This document shows positions 50,587-62,140 of a DNA stretch of 64,000 nt, piece after piece. Position 1 is the stretch's first letter; each line of letters starts with the position of its first letter. Under the pieces are notes generated by a model, which was not told the origin of the DNA, made no database searches, and worked only from the letters and a program-made list of their open reading frames with translations. The position numbers were made by a program, and so were the translations under genes. Source of the stretch: an uncultured delta proteobacterium (GTDB lineage Bacteria; Desulfobacterota; Desulfobacteria; Desulfobacterales; Desulfatirhabdiaceae); the NCBI GenBank assembly GCA_963789395.1, contig CAWBKP010000014.1, forward strand, positions 256,001 to 320,000, given 5' to 3'.

Positions 50587-53181
50587 CTATCTGTAAAATA
50601 TTCCTTTCCAGCCGCCCGAGATCAGGCGGGCAACGGTCATCAGGATAAAAGGGGCGGACAAGCCTGCGGGCGCCGCCAGATAGCGCGGCTGCCATTCCGG
50701 TTCAAATTTGGCCTTATAGGCGTAAAGGCCCTCAAAATTATAAAATTCCTCGCCCAGGTCAAATATGGCGGTGCCGATTTTATGCCATAACGGCGCCAGC
50801 GGATGCCTTTCCAATCCGGCAAGCGGCGCCATTCCAAGCGAAAACCAGTGATAATTCTCCGCCTTGCCCCACAACATCAGTTCGACAAATAAAAACTCCA
50901 TAATGCCGCTCGGACTTTTTGGATCATACCGCATCAGGTCTATCGACAGCTCTTCCTTTATTGCGTTTTTCCAGAGATTGGCAAAGGCCCGGATGCGTCC
51001 GGTCGGATCGAATATGACGGCAACATCCGTGCGGCAAATATAATCATCATTAAAAAAACCCAGAGAGAACCCTTTTTCGCGCGCTTGCTTTTTCAACAGC
51101 CATTGATCAGAAACATCGCGCAGCACACCCAGATTGCTTTTCAGCTCATTTTCAGACAGGATCGCAAAATGGTAGCCTTTTTTCGTGAATTTATTGCGAG
51201 CCGTGCGTTGCGAATCGCGCTTTCCGCCCTGAAGGGAGAATTTGGGCAGATCAACCTTGGCCTCTTCGCCGATTTTTAACAGGGACAGCCCCAAATCGAT
51301 GTAGTTCGTCAGATATTTATCACTGACCTGATAGAACACGCATTTGGCGTTATACAGATCAACCTGCTCCCGAAAGCGCCAGAGCAGGCCGTCAACGGCT
51401 TTCGGGTCACCCACGGGGTCACCCATGACAATCCAATATTTCGGCGTCACGGCAAACATCAAAAATGCTTTCCTGTCGCTGCTCCAGCTCAGATACTTAT
51501 CCCCCAGCAGGGCCAGAAATCCGCGGGTATCCGATATATTGGCAATCAAAGCGGCTGCCTCGTCCAATTCCCCAGAATCGGGTTTTCTGAGCGCCCTGGG
51601 GTGCGCCACTGCCAACAAATAATACAGGGCATAGCCCGTGGTTAACACGGCCGACAACAGCAAGGCCCGCAGAAAACGGGGGGCGTCGTCCTGGTAGGAA
51701 AATTGCCACCATAAATGATTTGCGTACTGGACGTTTCGATAAGCAAAGAAGCCAAGCCAGGTCGAACCCGCCAGAACGACAACAATCATGGCGATCCAGG
51801 GGCGGGAAAACGGCATGGCGAACAGGGACGATTTTCGCCGGAAATAGCTTCTTGCCGGCAGCATCAGTATCAGCATCATGGATAACGCCAGGGATTCCTG
51901 CCAGGCAACACCCTTGAGCAGCGAGACAACAATACCCACCGCCAGCAGAAAGAGGCTGCCATACCATGCGGCGTCGATGCGAAGACGGATGCCTCTGGCC
52001 AGAAACAGCAGCAGCAACCCGGTCAGGCTGCCGAGAAGATGTGATATTTCAATAACGGGCAGGGGAATATAATGACGCAGCCAGTCCATTGCCGACTGTT
52101 TTGCCGGCAGGGCCCCGGAAACCAGAAGGATGCCACCGAAAAACAGCATCAAGATGGAATAGATCTGCGGGATCGTAATCGATAAGAGCCGTCTGAAAAC
52201 CCTGCTGCCTTCAACGAAGGCTTTGCGTCTGGCAAAGGCTTCATAGCTCAGCAGACCGCCGCCCGCAAGCATCAGGGGCAGAAAATAATAAATCGTACGG
52301 TACAAAAAGAGTGCACCGATCAGCGACGGATGATGGTGGTGCTGATGTTGTGTCGATTGAATCGCCGTCATCAGCCACAAAAAGGCGCTTTCAAATACGC
52401 CGATCCCGCCCGGAATCTGGCTGATGACACCCGTCACCTGCGCCAGAACAAAAACCAGTAAAAACACCGTAAAACTGATGTCACCGCGACCCGACAGAAA
52501 CACCCAGAGCACCAGCGAGGATAAAACGACATCGATCGCTGCGATCATCGTCTGTCCGAAAGTCATGGCGATGGATGGCAGGCGGAATTCCAGTCCTTTG
52601 ATAGTCAGTGGCTTTTTCCAGAAAAACACCGCGATCCAGTAGCCGCCCAGGGAAAGCGCACAGACGACTGTCAGCCAGTGGATCATCTGGGGGTTTTTAA
52701 GGGGATGAAGCAGAATTTTCGGCAGTAGCAGACCGCTGAACAATCCCAGCGTCAGGATACCCAGAAAATAAGTAACCGTCAGAAAAAGGGATATCTTCAA
52801 TACATCCCAGCCCGGTATCCCCCAGGCGGAATAAAAGCGATACCGGACCGAGCCGCCGGAAGCCCAGGCATGGCCGGTATTATTACTGATGGAATAACTG
52901 ATAAGCGATGCTGCCAGTACTTTCGATACCGGAATCTGGCTGTGTCCGGTATAACGCAGCGCCAATAGGTCATAACCGGCAAGGACAATATAATTGAACA
53001 CTGTCAGCGCGACCGCCAGCACCAGAATTCTTACGGGGACTGCTTTAACAGACTGGAAAATATGATCAATGTGGTGGGTTTTTAATTGATTATGAACAAT
53101 GAACAGCGCCAGTCCGAATAAAAACAGCGGGAGCAGATGAGCGGCTTTTTGAAAATAAAGCAAAACGGATTCACGTTTCAT
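50587..53181 (-). CDS. mprF: Bifunctional lysylphosphatidylglycerol flippase/synthetase
   Basis: N-terminal multi-TM flippase (PGGIGVFE, YR..Y), C-terminal GDPVG, EKGFSLG, DLMR, LGMAPL, GLYAYK.KF.P.W. Confidence 0.93.
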   Translation of the reverse strand: MKRESVLLYFQKAAHLLPLFLFGLALFIVHNQLKTHHIDHIFQSVKAVPVRILVLAVALTVFNYIVLAGYDLLALRYTGHSQIPVSKVLAASLISYSISNNTGHAWASGGSVRYRFYSAWGIPGWDVLKISLFLTVTYFLGILTLGLFSGLLLPKILLHPLKNPQMIHWLTVVCALSLGGYWIAVFFWKKPLTIKGLEFRLPSIAMTFGQTMIAAIDVVLSSLVLWVFLSGRGDISFTVFLLVFVLAQVTGVISQIPGGIGVFESAFLWLMTAIQSTQHQHHHHPSLIGALFLYRTIYYFLPLMLAGGGLLSYEAFARRKAFVEGSRVFRRLLSITIPQIYSILMLFFGGILLVSGALPAKQSAMDWLRHYIPLPVIEISHLLGSLTGLLLLFLARGIRLRIDAAWYGSLFLLAVGIVVSLLKGVAWQESLALSMMLILMLPARSYFRRKSSLFAMPFSRPWIAMIVVVLAGSTWLGFFAYRNVQYANHLWWQFSYQDDAPRFLRALLLSAVLTTGYALYYLLAVAHPRALRKPDSGELDEAAALIANISDTRGFLALLGDKYLSWSSDRKAFLMFAVTPKYWIVMGDPVGDPKAVDGLLWRFREQVDLYNAKCVFYQVSDKYLTNYIDLGLSLLKIGEEAKVDLPKFSLQGGKRDSQRTARNKFTKKGYHFAILSENELKSNLGVLRDVSDQWLLKKQAREKGFSLGFFNDDYICRTDVAVIFDPTGRIRAFANLWKNAIKEELSIDLMRYDPKSPSGIMEFLFVELMLWGKAENYHWFSLGMAPLAGLERHPLAPLWHKIGTAIFDLGEEFYNFEGLYAYKAKFEPEWQPRYLAAPAGLSAPFILMTVARLISGGWKGIFYR

Positions 53182-53297
53182 AAGGGTATTCCGCAAAAAA
53201 ATGATCGTATCCCAAAGAACCGGCGCCACGCCCGCTTTTTACAAAGCCGTCAAGTTTGAATGGAAGTAAATCCATGTGAAACCATTGATACATCGTT

Positions 53298-54677
53298 TCA
53301 TTTCAATCCGATCCGGCGATATGCTTCAATGATTCGCTTTGCCAGCTTCGGATAATCCTGGTCAAAATGGTGGCCGCCCGGCAGCTCCATCCGTGTGGCG
53401 CCCGGTATGGACATGTCCGCACAGACGGAATCCACCTGTTCTTCCTGCCCGATAATACAGAGTATTTTGTTCCCCGGAATGCGACTCAGATCCGGCAATA
53501 TGGGATTTTCGCCGCTGGATTTTCCCATCCAACCGGAAACATGTATCTCGAAATCAGCGGTTTTGCCCATCGCCAACAGGACAAGCAGGGCAACATTTTC
53601 CCGATCGGGCTCTGACAGGCGGTTATAAACCGCGGGCAGGATATCGGCGCCAAAAGAATATCCGGCCAGCACGAAAGATTTTGCCCCCCAGGCTTTCCGG
53701 TAATACGTCATCGTATCCGCCAGATCGCTTGCCGCTTCTTCCGGCGTCTTGCTGCTCCAGAAATAGCGCAGTGTATCCACACCAACGACGGGGTAGCCCA
53801 GATCAGCCAGTTGTCCGGCGACATCCCGATCCAGATCCCGCCAGCCGCCATCTCCGGAATAAAACAGGGTGACCGTCTCTTTCGGATTATTTGCGGGAAC
53901 TTCCACAACGGGCAGGCGATCGGCATGAGCCCGGTTCCCTTCCGCAATCATTTTCCGGATCTCCGTGACGGCGATGGTATCAAGCGGCGTATCATATGGC
54001 GCGATCGCGGTTTTTGCACCCGACAATCCGCGAATGAACACCGCAGTGGCGTCTTCGGGCTGATCGGTCCACACCGCCAGCCAGTTTCCATTTAACGCAG
54101 GGGATGATGCCAGCACGCGATGTCCGTTTGTCTGCACAGCAGTCACAGGGGGACACGGTACCGATCCATCCGGCAATTGGACGGAAAAGCCCACTGACAG
54201 GTTTCTCGAAGCGCCGCCTGATTTCGTCCCGGCGGAAAGAAACGGCAGGAGGCCGCCGCTGCCGATACCGGCCAGGATGGAACGCTTGTCTGTTGATGCG
54301 TTTGCCCAATTCGACAATATTCCCACTGGCTCCATAACACGATCCGCTTTCAGGCAGTGGTTCTCGCCGCCGGCAAGCGCCCGCAAGGCACGGGCCGTAT
54401 CGACGATCGCAACAGCGGCTCCGGCTTTGGCGATACGGTGCGCCAAATCGCCGGCAGGAAAGCTCCCGGTGTCGAGAAAAACCACCACCAAATCCTGATA
54501 CGCAATGAATGGACGGGCGACCGCAATTTTGCCATAGACATCGTCTGACAGGACATCCTGTAAAATCGGGAATTTTTTTTGGGCGGCAAACCAGACCGTG
54601 CCGACTGCCATGGCCATCACGGAAAAGATAAGCAACAGGCGGCCATTTAAATTGAGCATGAAGCGCATGACTTCCAC
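53298..54677 (-). CDS. acvB: AcvB/VirJ-family lysyl-phosphatidylglycerol hydrolase
   Basis: YSGDGGWRDLD, LRYFW, GYSFGAD, LPGGHHFD.DY; adjacent to mprF. Confidence 0.9.
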   Translation of the reverse strand: MEVMRFMLNLNGRLLLIFSVMAMAVGTVWFAAQKKFPILQDVLSDDVYGKIAVARPFIAYQDLVVVFLDTGSFPAGDLAHRIAKAGAAVAIVDTARALRALAGGENHCLKADRVMEPVGILSNWANASTDKRSILAGIGSGGLLPFLSAGTKSGGASRNLSVGFSVQLPDGSVPCPPVTAVQTNGHRVLASSPALNGNWLAVWTDQPEDATAVFIRGLSGAKTAIAPYDTPLDTIAVTEIRKMIAEGNRAHADRLPVVEVPANNPKETVTLFYSGDGGWRDLDRDVAGQLADLGYPVVGVDTLRYFWSSKTPEEAASDLADTMTYYRKAWGAKSFVLAGYSFGADILPAVYNRLSEPDRENVALLVLLAMGKTADFEIHVSGWMGKSSGENPILPDLSRIPGNKILCIIGQEEQVDSVCADMSIPGATRMELPGGHHFDQDYPKLAKRIIEAYRRIGLK

Positions 54678-54686
54678 GCCGAGCTT

Positions 54687-55112
54687 TCAGAAAAAAAGGA
54701 AACCCGATGTATTATGAATCAGGAAGATGACTAGAAATATTCCCACAGCAAGGATGGACAGGGTCAGCATAATATCCAGTATCAATGAGGAATGATACGT
54801 ATCTTCATCGATTTGTTTCTCAACCCGTTTGTATCGGACAAAAGCAAGCACCCCCATCAAGGCGCCCAGGCCCACCAGCACAATCCCTAAAAATGACGAA
54901 TACCCATGGGGCGGTTGAACGACATGCGCCTGCGGAAACCCGTTTGAAGCCAGTAAGGCTGCAATCTGCTTGATGAAAATGGCAAATTTGACAACGACAA
55001 ATCCAAACGCCATGATCCCGATACTTGTTCGGATCCAGGCCAGAAACGTCCGTTCATTGGCCATGTGAACACGGCGGTTACGGAATCTTGGCGTGACTAC
55101 TGGCTCTTCCAC
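54687..55112 (-). CDS. DUF202 (YidH-like) membrane protein
   Basis: HMANERTFLAWIRT signature. Confidence 0.9.
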   Translation of the reverse strand: MEEPVVTPRFRNRRVHMANERTFLAWIRTSIGIMAFGFVVVKFAIFIKQIAALLASNGFPQAHVVQPPHGYSSFLGIVLVGLGALMGVLAFVRYKRVEKQIDEDTYHSSLILDIMLTLSILAVGIFLVIFLIHNTSGFLFF

Positions 55113-55392
55113 TGATGCTGCCCGTTCTGATGATGATACGGTTTGCGTAAATATTAATCCTCATATCGGCCCCTTCGGGAAAAAGGTGCGGATGCGGCCA
55201 TTGCCTTGCGATGACATACTTTTATGCATAACTGCTGTATATCAGTTTTTCAGCGTCCCGCGCAATAGCCTTTAATTTATTAGAATGAACGACAGCTGCC
55301 CGTCAACCGTTTGCTGTTTCGAAAAGATATTCTTGAAGAAACCAAATATTCAGACTACAATACCCTCGACACTTCACATAAGGAGACAGGTT

Positions 55393-55557
55393 ATGGTTGG
55401 AGAACTTTTTTCACCGATGCATTTATTGGTCATACTCGTCATTGCCCTGATCGTTTTCGGGCCGGGTAAACTTCCTGAACTCGGCAGTTCCCTGGGCAAA
55501 GCCATCAAAGAATTCAAGAAAGTCATGAATGATCCGGAGAAAAGCTTAAAAGAATAA
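55393..55557 (+). CDS. tatA: Twin-arginine translocase TatA/E subunit
   Basis: [30 protein letters not shown]. Confidence 0.92.
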   Translation: MVGELFSPMHLLVILVIALIVFGPGKLPELGSSLGKAIKEFKKVMNDPEKSLKE

Positions 55558-55579
55558 GTCACCTGCCCGCTGCGTCCCC

Positions 55580-56434
55580 TTAATTGGCTGTATCCCGGAA
55601 AACCAGTACGGGACGCGTTGTCAGGCGGGCGATATTGAGGGCTTCGTCGCTGATCAGGCTGAGGTATTTGGGTTTCTTATGACCGTAAGCGCCCAAAACG
55701 ACCAGATCATATCTGCCGGTCGCCACTTCCTTCAAGATTTCATCCGTAAAATCGCCTTTTGTCATTTTTGTATCCGGGGAATGTTCAAATTCCTTGAGTT
55801 TCCGTTCGGCATTGAACAGGCAGGTCTGGGCGCCTGACTCGTCCTCACCCCTTTCCGACTCCTGCACATGCAAAATGGTAATTTCCGGTTTTCGTTTCTG
55901 CGTCATCAACCCGATAAACCCCAGGGCATCCTGATCACATGCCGAGCCCCGGTAAGCGATTAGAATGCGATGGATTGGCCGGAAATTCCGGACGATCAGC
56001 ACCGGCTGACGGGCATGATGCAGAATTTTGGCATGTACGGCCCCCAGTATGAACCCCTTGAGGAAGGAATGCCCCTGGGCTCCCAGTACGATCATGTCAT
56101 ACTTCTGGGAGTCTGCCATATGCAGGATTTCATCCGCCGGATCACCGGAGAGAATTTTAGGCCAGCAGGGGACTTTTCCGCTTTCACATACTTCACAGGA
56201 ACTGAGCACCTCTTCGGCAACGGCGTCGGCTTCTTTTTCGATCCACGCCGATATCTGTTCCTGACCGGCAAATGGTGCGTACAGGGTTTCAGCGCCGATG
56301 TCCGATTCATCGGGTTTGACATAAACGGCATCGACCTGGGCATCAAAATGCTCCAGCAAATGGCAGGCGTATTTCAGCGCCTTCTGGGATTCTTCGCTTT
56401 TATCAACAGCTACCAGTACTTTCATATTTATCAC
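55580..56434 (-). CDS. Tandem universal stress protein
   Basis: KVLVAVD.S, GDPADEIL, DMIVLG, PVLIV, present twice. Confidence 0.88.
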   Translation of the reverse strand: MINMKVLVAVDKSEESQKALKYACHLLEHFDAQVDAVYVKPDESDIGAETLYAPFAGQEQISAWIEKEADAVAEEVLSSCEVCESGKVPCWPKILSGDPADEILHMADSQKYDMIVLGAQGHSFLKGFILGAVHAKILHHARQPVLIVRNFRPIHRILIAYRGSACDQDALGFIGLMTQKRKPEITILHVQESERGEDESGAQTCLFNAERKLKEFEHSPDTKMTKGDFTDEILKEVATGRYDLVVLGAYGHKKPKYLSLISDEALNIARLTTRPVLVFRDTAN

Positions 56435-56452
56435 CTCTTTTTTTCCGTAAAA

Positions 56453-57331
56453 TTATCTCAACACCAGGACCGACGTCTGGCAGACGCCGACGAATCTCTC
56501 CACCCAGTCTCTGGGAAAAAGCCTGTTCAACAACGATTTTTTCCCCATCCAGAATGCCAGAAGATCCTGACCCGTGTTGGTTGAAATAACGGATTCAAAC
56601 GTGGACTGTTCCGCCAGCCGGGCATTTACCGGGATCCCCTTGTCGCTGAAATAATCCCCGATTTGAATGAGACGGGTATAGGCTTCGGATTTTGCACCGC
56701 CGTCCTGGGTCATGCCGACAAGTTCCAGTTGCGCGTCATGAATGGAAACCAGCTGGTTGATCATCTCAAGGGATTCCTGACTGACGGATATCTGATCGAT
56801 ACAGGCAAGAATACGCTGGATCGGTTTATCCTCTTTTGCCAGAAGCACGGAACACGCGGCATTGCCGGCAACTTTCCGGGGCGTGGCCGCCGATTCTTTC
56901 CATTCACACTGCCCGCCTTTGCTGCAGCCCAGAACAATCAGGCCGCTGCCGTCTTTATCCGCTTCATTCAGTATTTCGGTGTCGGCGTTTCCCGCCCGGA
57001 TGCGGGTCTTGACGTCTTTTTTAGCCCCTCTGCAAACCTTGATATCTTCCCAGCTGCCGTTTCGAAGCGGAATCCATTCATGGTCCCATCGATCCTGGGC
57101 ATACGGGGAATCGGAACCTCCCAAGGCATTCAGGAATTCCTCCCGGTAGCGGCGCAATGCCAGAACCTGGGGATCCTGAGACGGCAACATCGAGTCCCCC
57201 TGCAACGCGCTCTGAGAAGGCAAAACTGACAGCAGCGTTACATCCGCCCAGGTATGCCGGGCCAGTTCAATGACTTTTTTCAGTGCGTGTGCGCTGTAAG
57301 GGTGTTCATCTGCGGCAAACAAAATTCTCAT
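56453..57331 (-). CDS. Universal stress protein-like (tandem) protein
   Basis: MRILFAAD, G....EIL, LIVLG, CSVLL, SVLVLR. Confidence 0.8.
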   Translation of the reverse strand: MRILFAADEHPYSAHALKKVIELARHTWADVTLLSVLPSQSALQGDSMLPSQDPQVLALRRYREEFLNALGGSDSPYAQDRWDHEWIPLRNGSWEDIKVCRGAKKDVKTRIRAGNADTEILNEADKDGSGLIVLGCSKGGQCEWKESAATPRKVAGNAACSVLLAKEDKPIQRILACIDQISVSQESLEMINQLVSIHDAQLELVGMTQDGGAKSEAYTRLIQIGDYFSDKGIPVNARLAEQSTFESVISTNTGQDLLAFWMGKKSLLNRLFPRDWVERFVGVCQTSVLVLR

Positions 57332-57357
57332 GATAGTCTCCTTTTTGAACGCAGCTT

Positions 57358-57744
57358 TCAGGATGGCTGGTGTTTGGCTTCGGCCTTTTTCACCACTTCC
57401 AGGATTTCCCCCAGTTTAAAAGGCTTTGCCACAAAATCAAACACGCCTTTCTGATAGGATTCCCTTGCCGTTTCCATCGTGGCAAATCCGGTAATCACGA
57501 TGACTTCCGTGGCGGGATGCCGTTTCTTGACCTCTGTCAGAAACGCCATGCCATCCACGCCATCCATTTTAAGGTCCGTAATTGCAATATCGAATTGCTT
57601 TTCCGTCAGCCGGTGCATGGCATCCCGGCTTTTGGTAAATGCCTCGACGTCATAGCCTGCTTTTTCAAGCGATGGTTTAAGCCGCTTGCAGACGATGGGT
57701 TCATCATCCAGAAGTAATACGGTTGTTTTCTGATCCGATGTCAT
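57358..57744 (-). CDS. Single-domain response regulator
   Basis: LLDDE, TDLKM, ITGF, KPF. Confidence 0.92.
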   Translation of the reverse strand: MTSDQKTTVLLLDDEPIVCKRLKPSLEKAGYDVEAFTKSRDAMHRLTEKQFDIAITDLKMDGVDGMAFLTEVKKRHPATEVIVITGFATMETARESYQKGVFDFVAKPFKLGEILEVVKKAEAKHQPS

Positions 57745-60320
57745 AGGTTTCGCTCCTTTGTAAAAAATCGGTTACGTGTTGCGTGATATTCTCATCACTG
57801 TGCATCTGGACATCCAGCTGCCGGGTGTAAGCCACCAGACACCCGAGCATTTTCACTTTTTCATACATGGCGGCTGCATCCAGTTTTTTGATGCGGCCAA
57901 CGACCAGATCCCCCCGGATTTCTACCCGGAAATTGAATCGTTCCAGCACTTCGCCGATAAAGCTTGCGCGTCTGGATCTGCGAATAACATCCGTGACGCC
58001 GCCGAGAAATCGGAAATATGCGTAATTATCATTTTGTTTTTCTGCGATATAAGCGTCGATAATGTTAAAATGATACCCCAGCCGCAGATTGAGATCCAGA
58101 TATTCGGCCGAGACCACCGCCAGATTCCGCCCTGTGAAACGGAGCGTGGAATCCGAGTAGGTTCGGGTCAGGCTGGACATGAAGCTGCCGAAATCCACGG
58201 ACATGGGCTCGGTACTCCACATTCCGGGCGCCATGAGCCCTTCGAGAAACGCCTTCATGGGAACCGAGGTGATATCTTCCGGGCTGACGTCTTTTGCCGA
58301 TACGGTTCGGGAATGAACGCCGCCGCCGATATCAATGACAATCAGCCCCAGGGGGATATTGAATTTCAGCCGCCTGGAAGCGGCATCGCCATGGCCGGTT
58401 CGGTTGTCCCCCAGATGCATCAGTTCTTTGACCGCCTTTTCATGAATAAACCGGATAATATCATGCACGGTTTTACACCCTGACGGCGTGAAATTTTTAT
58501 CATAGGGATCCAGCAGATTCAGCGGACTGATCTTTCGCAGTATCCGGCGAAGCAGCCGGTATTCATAGGATTCCTCAAACACATCTTCGGCGGTGATGTC
58601 GTCGTAACACAGGTCCTTGGCATATCCGGCGTAAACCATATTCTGGGAAGCATCCAGGGTGATCTCATCGCCGGTTTTAAGTATTTGCGTGGCGATGCCG
58701 GTATTCACAATGGTCGGAACCCGGAACTCTCGGGCAATGGTTGCCATGTGCCCCATCGGCGATCCGACGTCTGTCAGAATCCCGTGAACTTTGCGGATCA
58801 CCCTTGCCAGGCGCGGAGAGGTATGCTTGGCCACCAGAATCGCACCATAAGGAACTGTAGAATATCCGTTTGATTTTCCACGATAAACACTGTACCTGCC
58901 GCCACACCGCGCTGAACGACAATTCCCTGGTTATTTAACAGCACGGGGTGATCGACTGTCGATATCTCAACACTATCTTTCGAACATTCGGTCTGCAGTT
59001 GAATGTTCAGCGGCCGGGCCTGAAGAATCAACAGCCTGTCTTCCGAATCAATGGCCCATTCAATATCCTGTGGTCTTTTGAAATAGCGCTCGATCAGCAG
59101 CGCGGTCTGTGCCAGTTTCTGGGCCAGTTCCGGCGTCAGACACGCCTTTTGCTGGAGTTCTTCCGGAACCGCTGTCAGCTCTGTTCCGCTTTGCTTTGCG
59201 GCAACCATCATGGTGGACTTGTGAACCACGTTAAATCCGCAAAGCGTATGCGGCGGCGTGCGGGTGATCCGGTAATGATCCGTGGCCACTTTGCCTTCAA
59301 CCACCGGTGCTCCCAGCCCCCAGGCCGCCGTGGCCAGAAGAACGTCTTTTTCAGCGGAAAGCGTGTCCATCGTATAAATGACACCGCTGGCTTTGGCTTT
59401 CACCATCACCTGACAGCCTACCGACATCGCCATCTCGTGAATATGAAAACCTTTTTGATAGCGGTAGGACAGCACACCGGGAGAATAGGCGCTGGCCAGC
59501 ACTTTTCGATAACTGTTCAGCAACTGATCCGCAGGGACATTCAAAACGGACTTGTACTGGCCTGCAAAGCTGTGAATGCTGTCCTCTCCCCAGGCGCTGC
59601 TTCTGACGGCAAAGAACAGGGTTTCTTTGCGGTTCTTCTCCTGAAGCTTATCGATGGCAGTCTGGATCTGCTGCGAGACTTCCAGGGGAATTCCGCCGGA
59701 CAGGAACTGATTCTGAATCTCTCCGGCGATTTCTTCAGTGGCGGTATCGTCCTCTGGATCCCAATACGCCATGGCCTGCTGGAGATACGTCATCCAGTCC
59801 GTTTTTTTCCATGAATGCCCGAAACGCGCTGGTGGTAATGGCAAATCCGTCCGGCGTCAACAGTTCCAGAACGTTTCGAATATCCGCCAGATTCGCATTT
59901 TTATTGCCCACCAGCTCATACATATCCTGGCTCAAGTCGGCGTAGGGCATGGCGGCATCGCCCCGGGGAAGCACCCATTTTCCCGAGAGCTCCTGCTGAA
60001 TCGTTTCATGGATCTCTTCAAACACATCGAAAAGCCGGACATACTTTCCGGGCGCAAGGGTATTGAGGTCAAATATCAGCCGGTATATTTGATTTTTCAG
60101 CTGATCATACGTCGACAGGATATATTGCTGGTCAAAAACATATTCCCCGCTGAGCTTGTCTCCCATGTCCGCAATCAGTTCGAGCGACGACATTGTTTGC
60201 CGCCAGAATATTTTGAAATTTCTTAAACAGCTTGGCAAAAGAATATTCTGTTTCCAGGCTGCGGTATTGCTTCAGATAACTTTTCAAGCCCCGGATAAAG
60301 CGAAGTATCTCATCTATCAT
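57704..60320 (-). CDS. PEP-synthase/pyruvate-water-dikinase-like protein (ATP-grasp + phospho-His domain); three apparent frameshifts near 60190, 59790 and 58852
   Basis: Joined from ORFs 60132..60320, 59735..60238, 58798..59844 and 57704..58834: VGNKNANL, AVRSSA..ED...SFAGQY, QDIEWA, LQARP, GHMATIAREFRVP. The C-terminus is not a PEP/pyruvate TIM barrel. Confidence 0.85.
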
Positions 60321-60424
60321 ATTCTTTATCCTTTATGGCTTTAATGGAAAGATCCCGGCCAAACGCTCTTGAATCGTTTCAGGGATTGCTCCCTGGAATA
60401 AAAAATCTCTTTAACGTTACATCT

Positions 60425-61201
60425 TCAGTGAGCACCTTTTGCGCCTTTGAAGAGCACACCGGTTAAAAGCCCCGCCACCAGCGCGATCAAGGTGGCCAGA
60501 ATGCCATACATCGCCCCATGATCGAATGCAAGCAGGGACAGAATTTTGGGGAAGCTTTCCAGCGCCACCGTCATGGATTGCTCATAGCTGGCGACGATTT
60601 TTCCATTTTGAACCATGTAGGCTTCAACCTTGTAGACTCCCGGATGAAGTTTCGGGGGAATGGCTATCTGCGCTTCGAATTTTTTCCGGCCATCCGCAAG
60701 CGGTGTATACTGAACCGTATCGCTGACCCCATAAATGCCTTCTTTTTGTTTCAGTTTCAATAGCTCTTTTACCAACTCCCCGCCATCTCCTGAATTCGGA
60801 CTGACGGCGATTTTCTCTTCCAGAGCCGTCAGTCCGAGCTGCCTGACAGGAGCGTCTTTCTGCAGGGTCTTTGACATATCCTCGAGATTCCGGGGCGTAT
60901 AGAGCAAAAACGCTTCCGGTACGGATTCAAATGTCACGGTATCGCGGTTCATCCAGAGCAGCCCCAGGACTTTCCCTTTTTTTTTCATTCGGAGTTCAGC
61001 CGTTTTGCCGATCATCCGGACAACAACGTCACTGTCCTTGGGAAGGGTTCCGTTTATGGAAACCCGGGTTCCGTTGTAAAATGTCCCGATGGATATCCGG
61101 TCCGGAAACGGAGAGACCTGAAGCGGCTCCTCGGCTTTCAGCAGCGGCGCCTGTGTCAGAAACAGTAAAACCATGATTATTCCGGCATATTTTCTTGTCA
61201 T
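60425..61201 (-). CDS. TIGR02186-family membrane-anchored protein
   Basis: Signal peptide, I..FYNG, KKG...LLWMN, G.Y.V, C-terminal TM; typical partner of TauE genes. Confidence 0.8.
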   Translation of the reverse strand: MTRKYAGIIMVLLFLTQAPLLKAEEPLQVSPFPDRISIGTFYNGTRVSINGTLPKDSDVVVRMIGKTAELRMKKKGKVLGLLWMNRDTVTFESVPEAFLLYTPRNLEDMSKTLQKDAPVRQLGLTALEEKIAVSPNSGDGGELVKELLKLKQKEGIYGVSDTVQYTPLADGRKKFEAQIAIPPKLHPGVYKVEAYMVQNGKIVASYEQSMTVALESFPKILSLLAFDHGAMYGILATLIALVAGLLTGVLFKGAKGAH

Positions 61202-62136
61202 TTAATGTCCTCCGATATACGCCAGCAGGATGTTCGGGGTGAGCAGCAGGCCAAACAGCATTTTGACCATCACGACCAGCACCAGGGATGCCAGAAGAAT
61301 TTTCAATTGATCGGCTTTGAGTTTTTTGCTGATCTTTACGCCGAACTGGGCGCCGATCGTTGAACCCAGCAGCAGCAGCAGGGCCAGGACAAAATCGACC
61401 GTGTGATTGCTGTATGCCTGCATGATGGTCACATTCACACAGGTAAATAAAATCTGGAAAAGGCTGGTGCCGACCACAACATGCATGGGCATGCGCAGCA
61501 GATACACCATGACGGGAACCATGATAAACCCGCCGCCGACCCCCATAATGGCCGAAAGCACGCCGACGAAAACGCCAAGAATCAAGGGCATCAGGACAGA
61601 GAGCTGAACGCCTGATTTTTCGAACTGAATCTGCCAGGGCAGCGCCTGAACGATTCGGGCGTAAGTTGAGGGTTTGCCGGAGGCAAGCCGGAGGTTTTTT
61701 ATGCCGGGATCCTCAGGGACTGAAGGCTTTCCTGAAACATGTAAATGCCGATAAAGCCCAGCATCAGTACATAGGTGACGGAAATCAGAAAATCAGCACT
61801 GCCCAGGCGGTTGAGAACCTTAATAAGCTGAACACCGCCGGTTCCGCCGATAACGCCACCGACCAGGAGCAACAGCCCCATTTTGACATCCACATTGCCC
61901 ATGCGAAAATGGGCAATCGTTCCTGCCGTGGAAGCCCCCACGATCTGATTGGAATCCGAAGCCGCAGCCACCGTGGGGGGTATCCCGATCATAATCAGCA
62001 GCGGGGTCATCAGAAAGCCGCCGCCCACGCCAAAAATGCCCGATAAGAGACCGACAATGCCGCCCATTCCAAAAACCAGCAGAATGTTCACGCTGTTGCC
62101 TGCTATCGGCAGATAAAGATGCCAGGGTAGAGTCAT
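61202..62136 (-). CDS. TauE/SafE family permease (frameshift near 61710)
   Basis: GVGGGFLMTP in ORF 61699..62136; continues KPSTYARIVQALPWQIQFEKSGV into ORF 61202..61591 (GVGGGFIMVP, GTSLFQI). Confidence 0.88.
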
Positions 62137-62140
62137 TATG

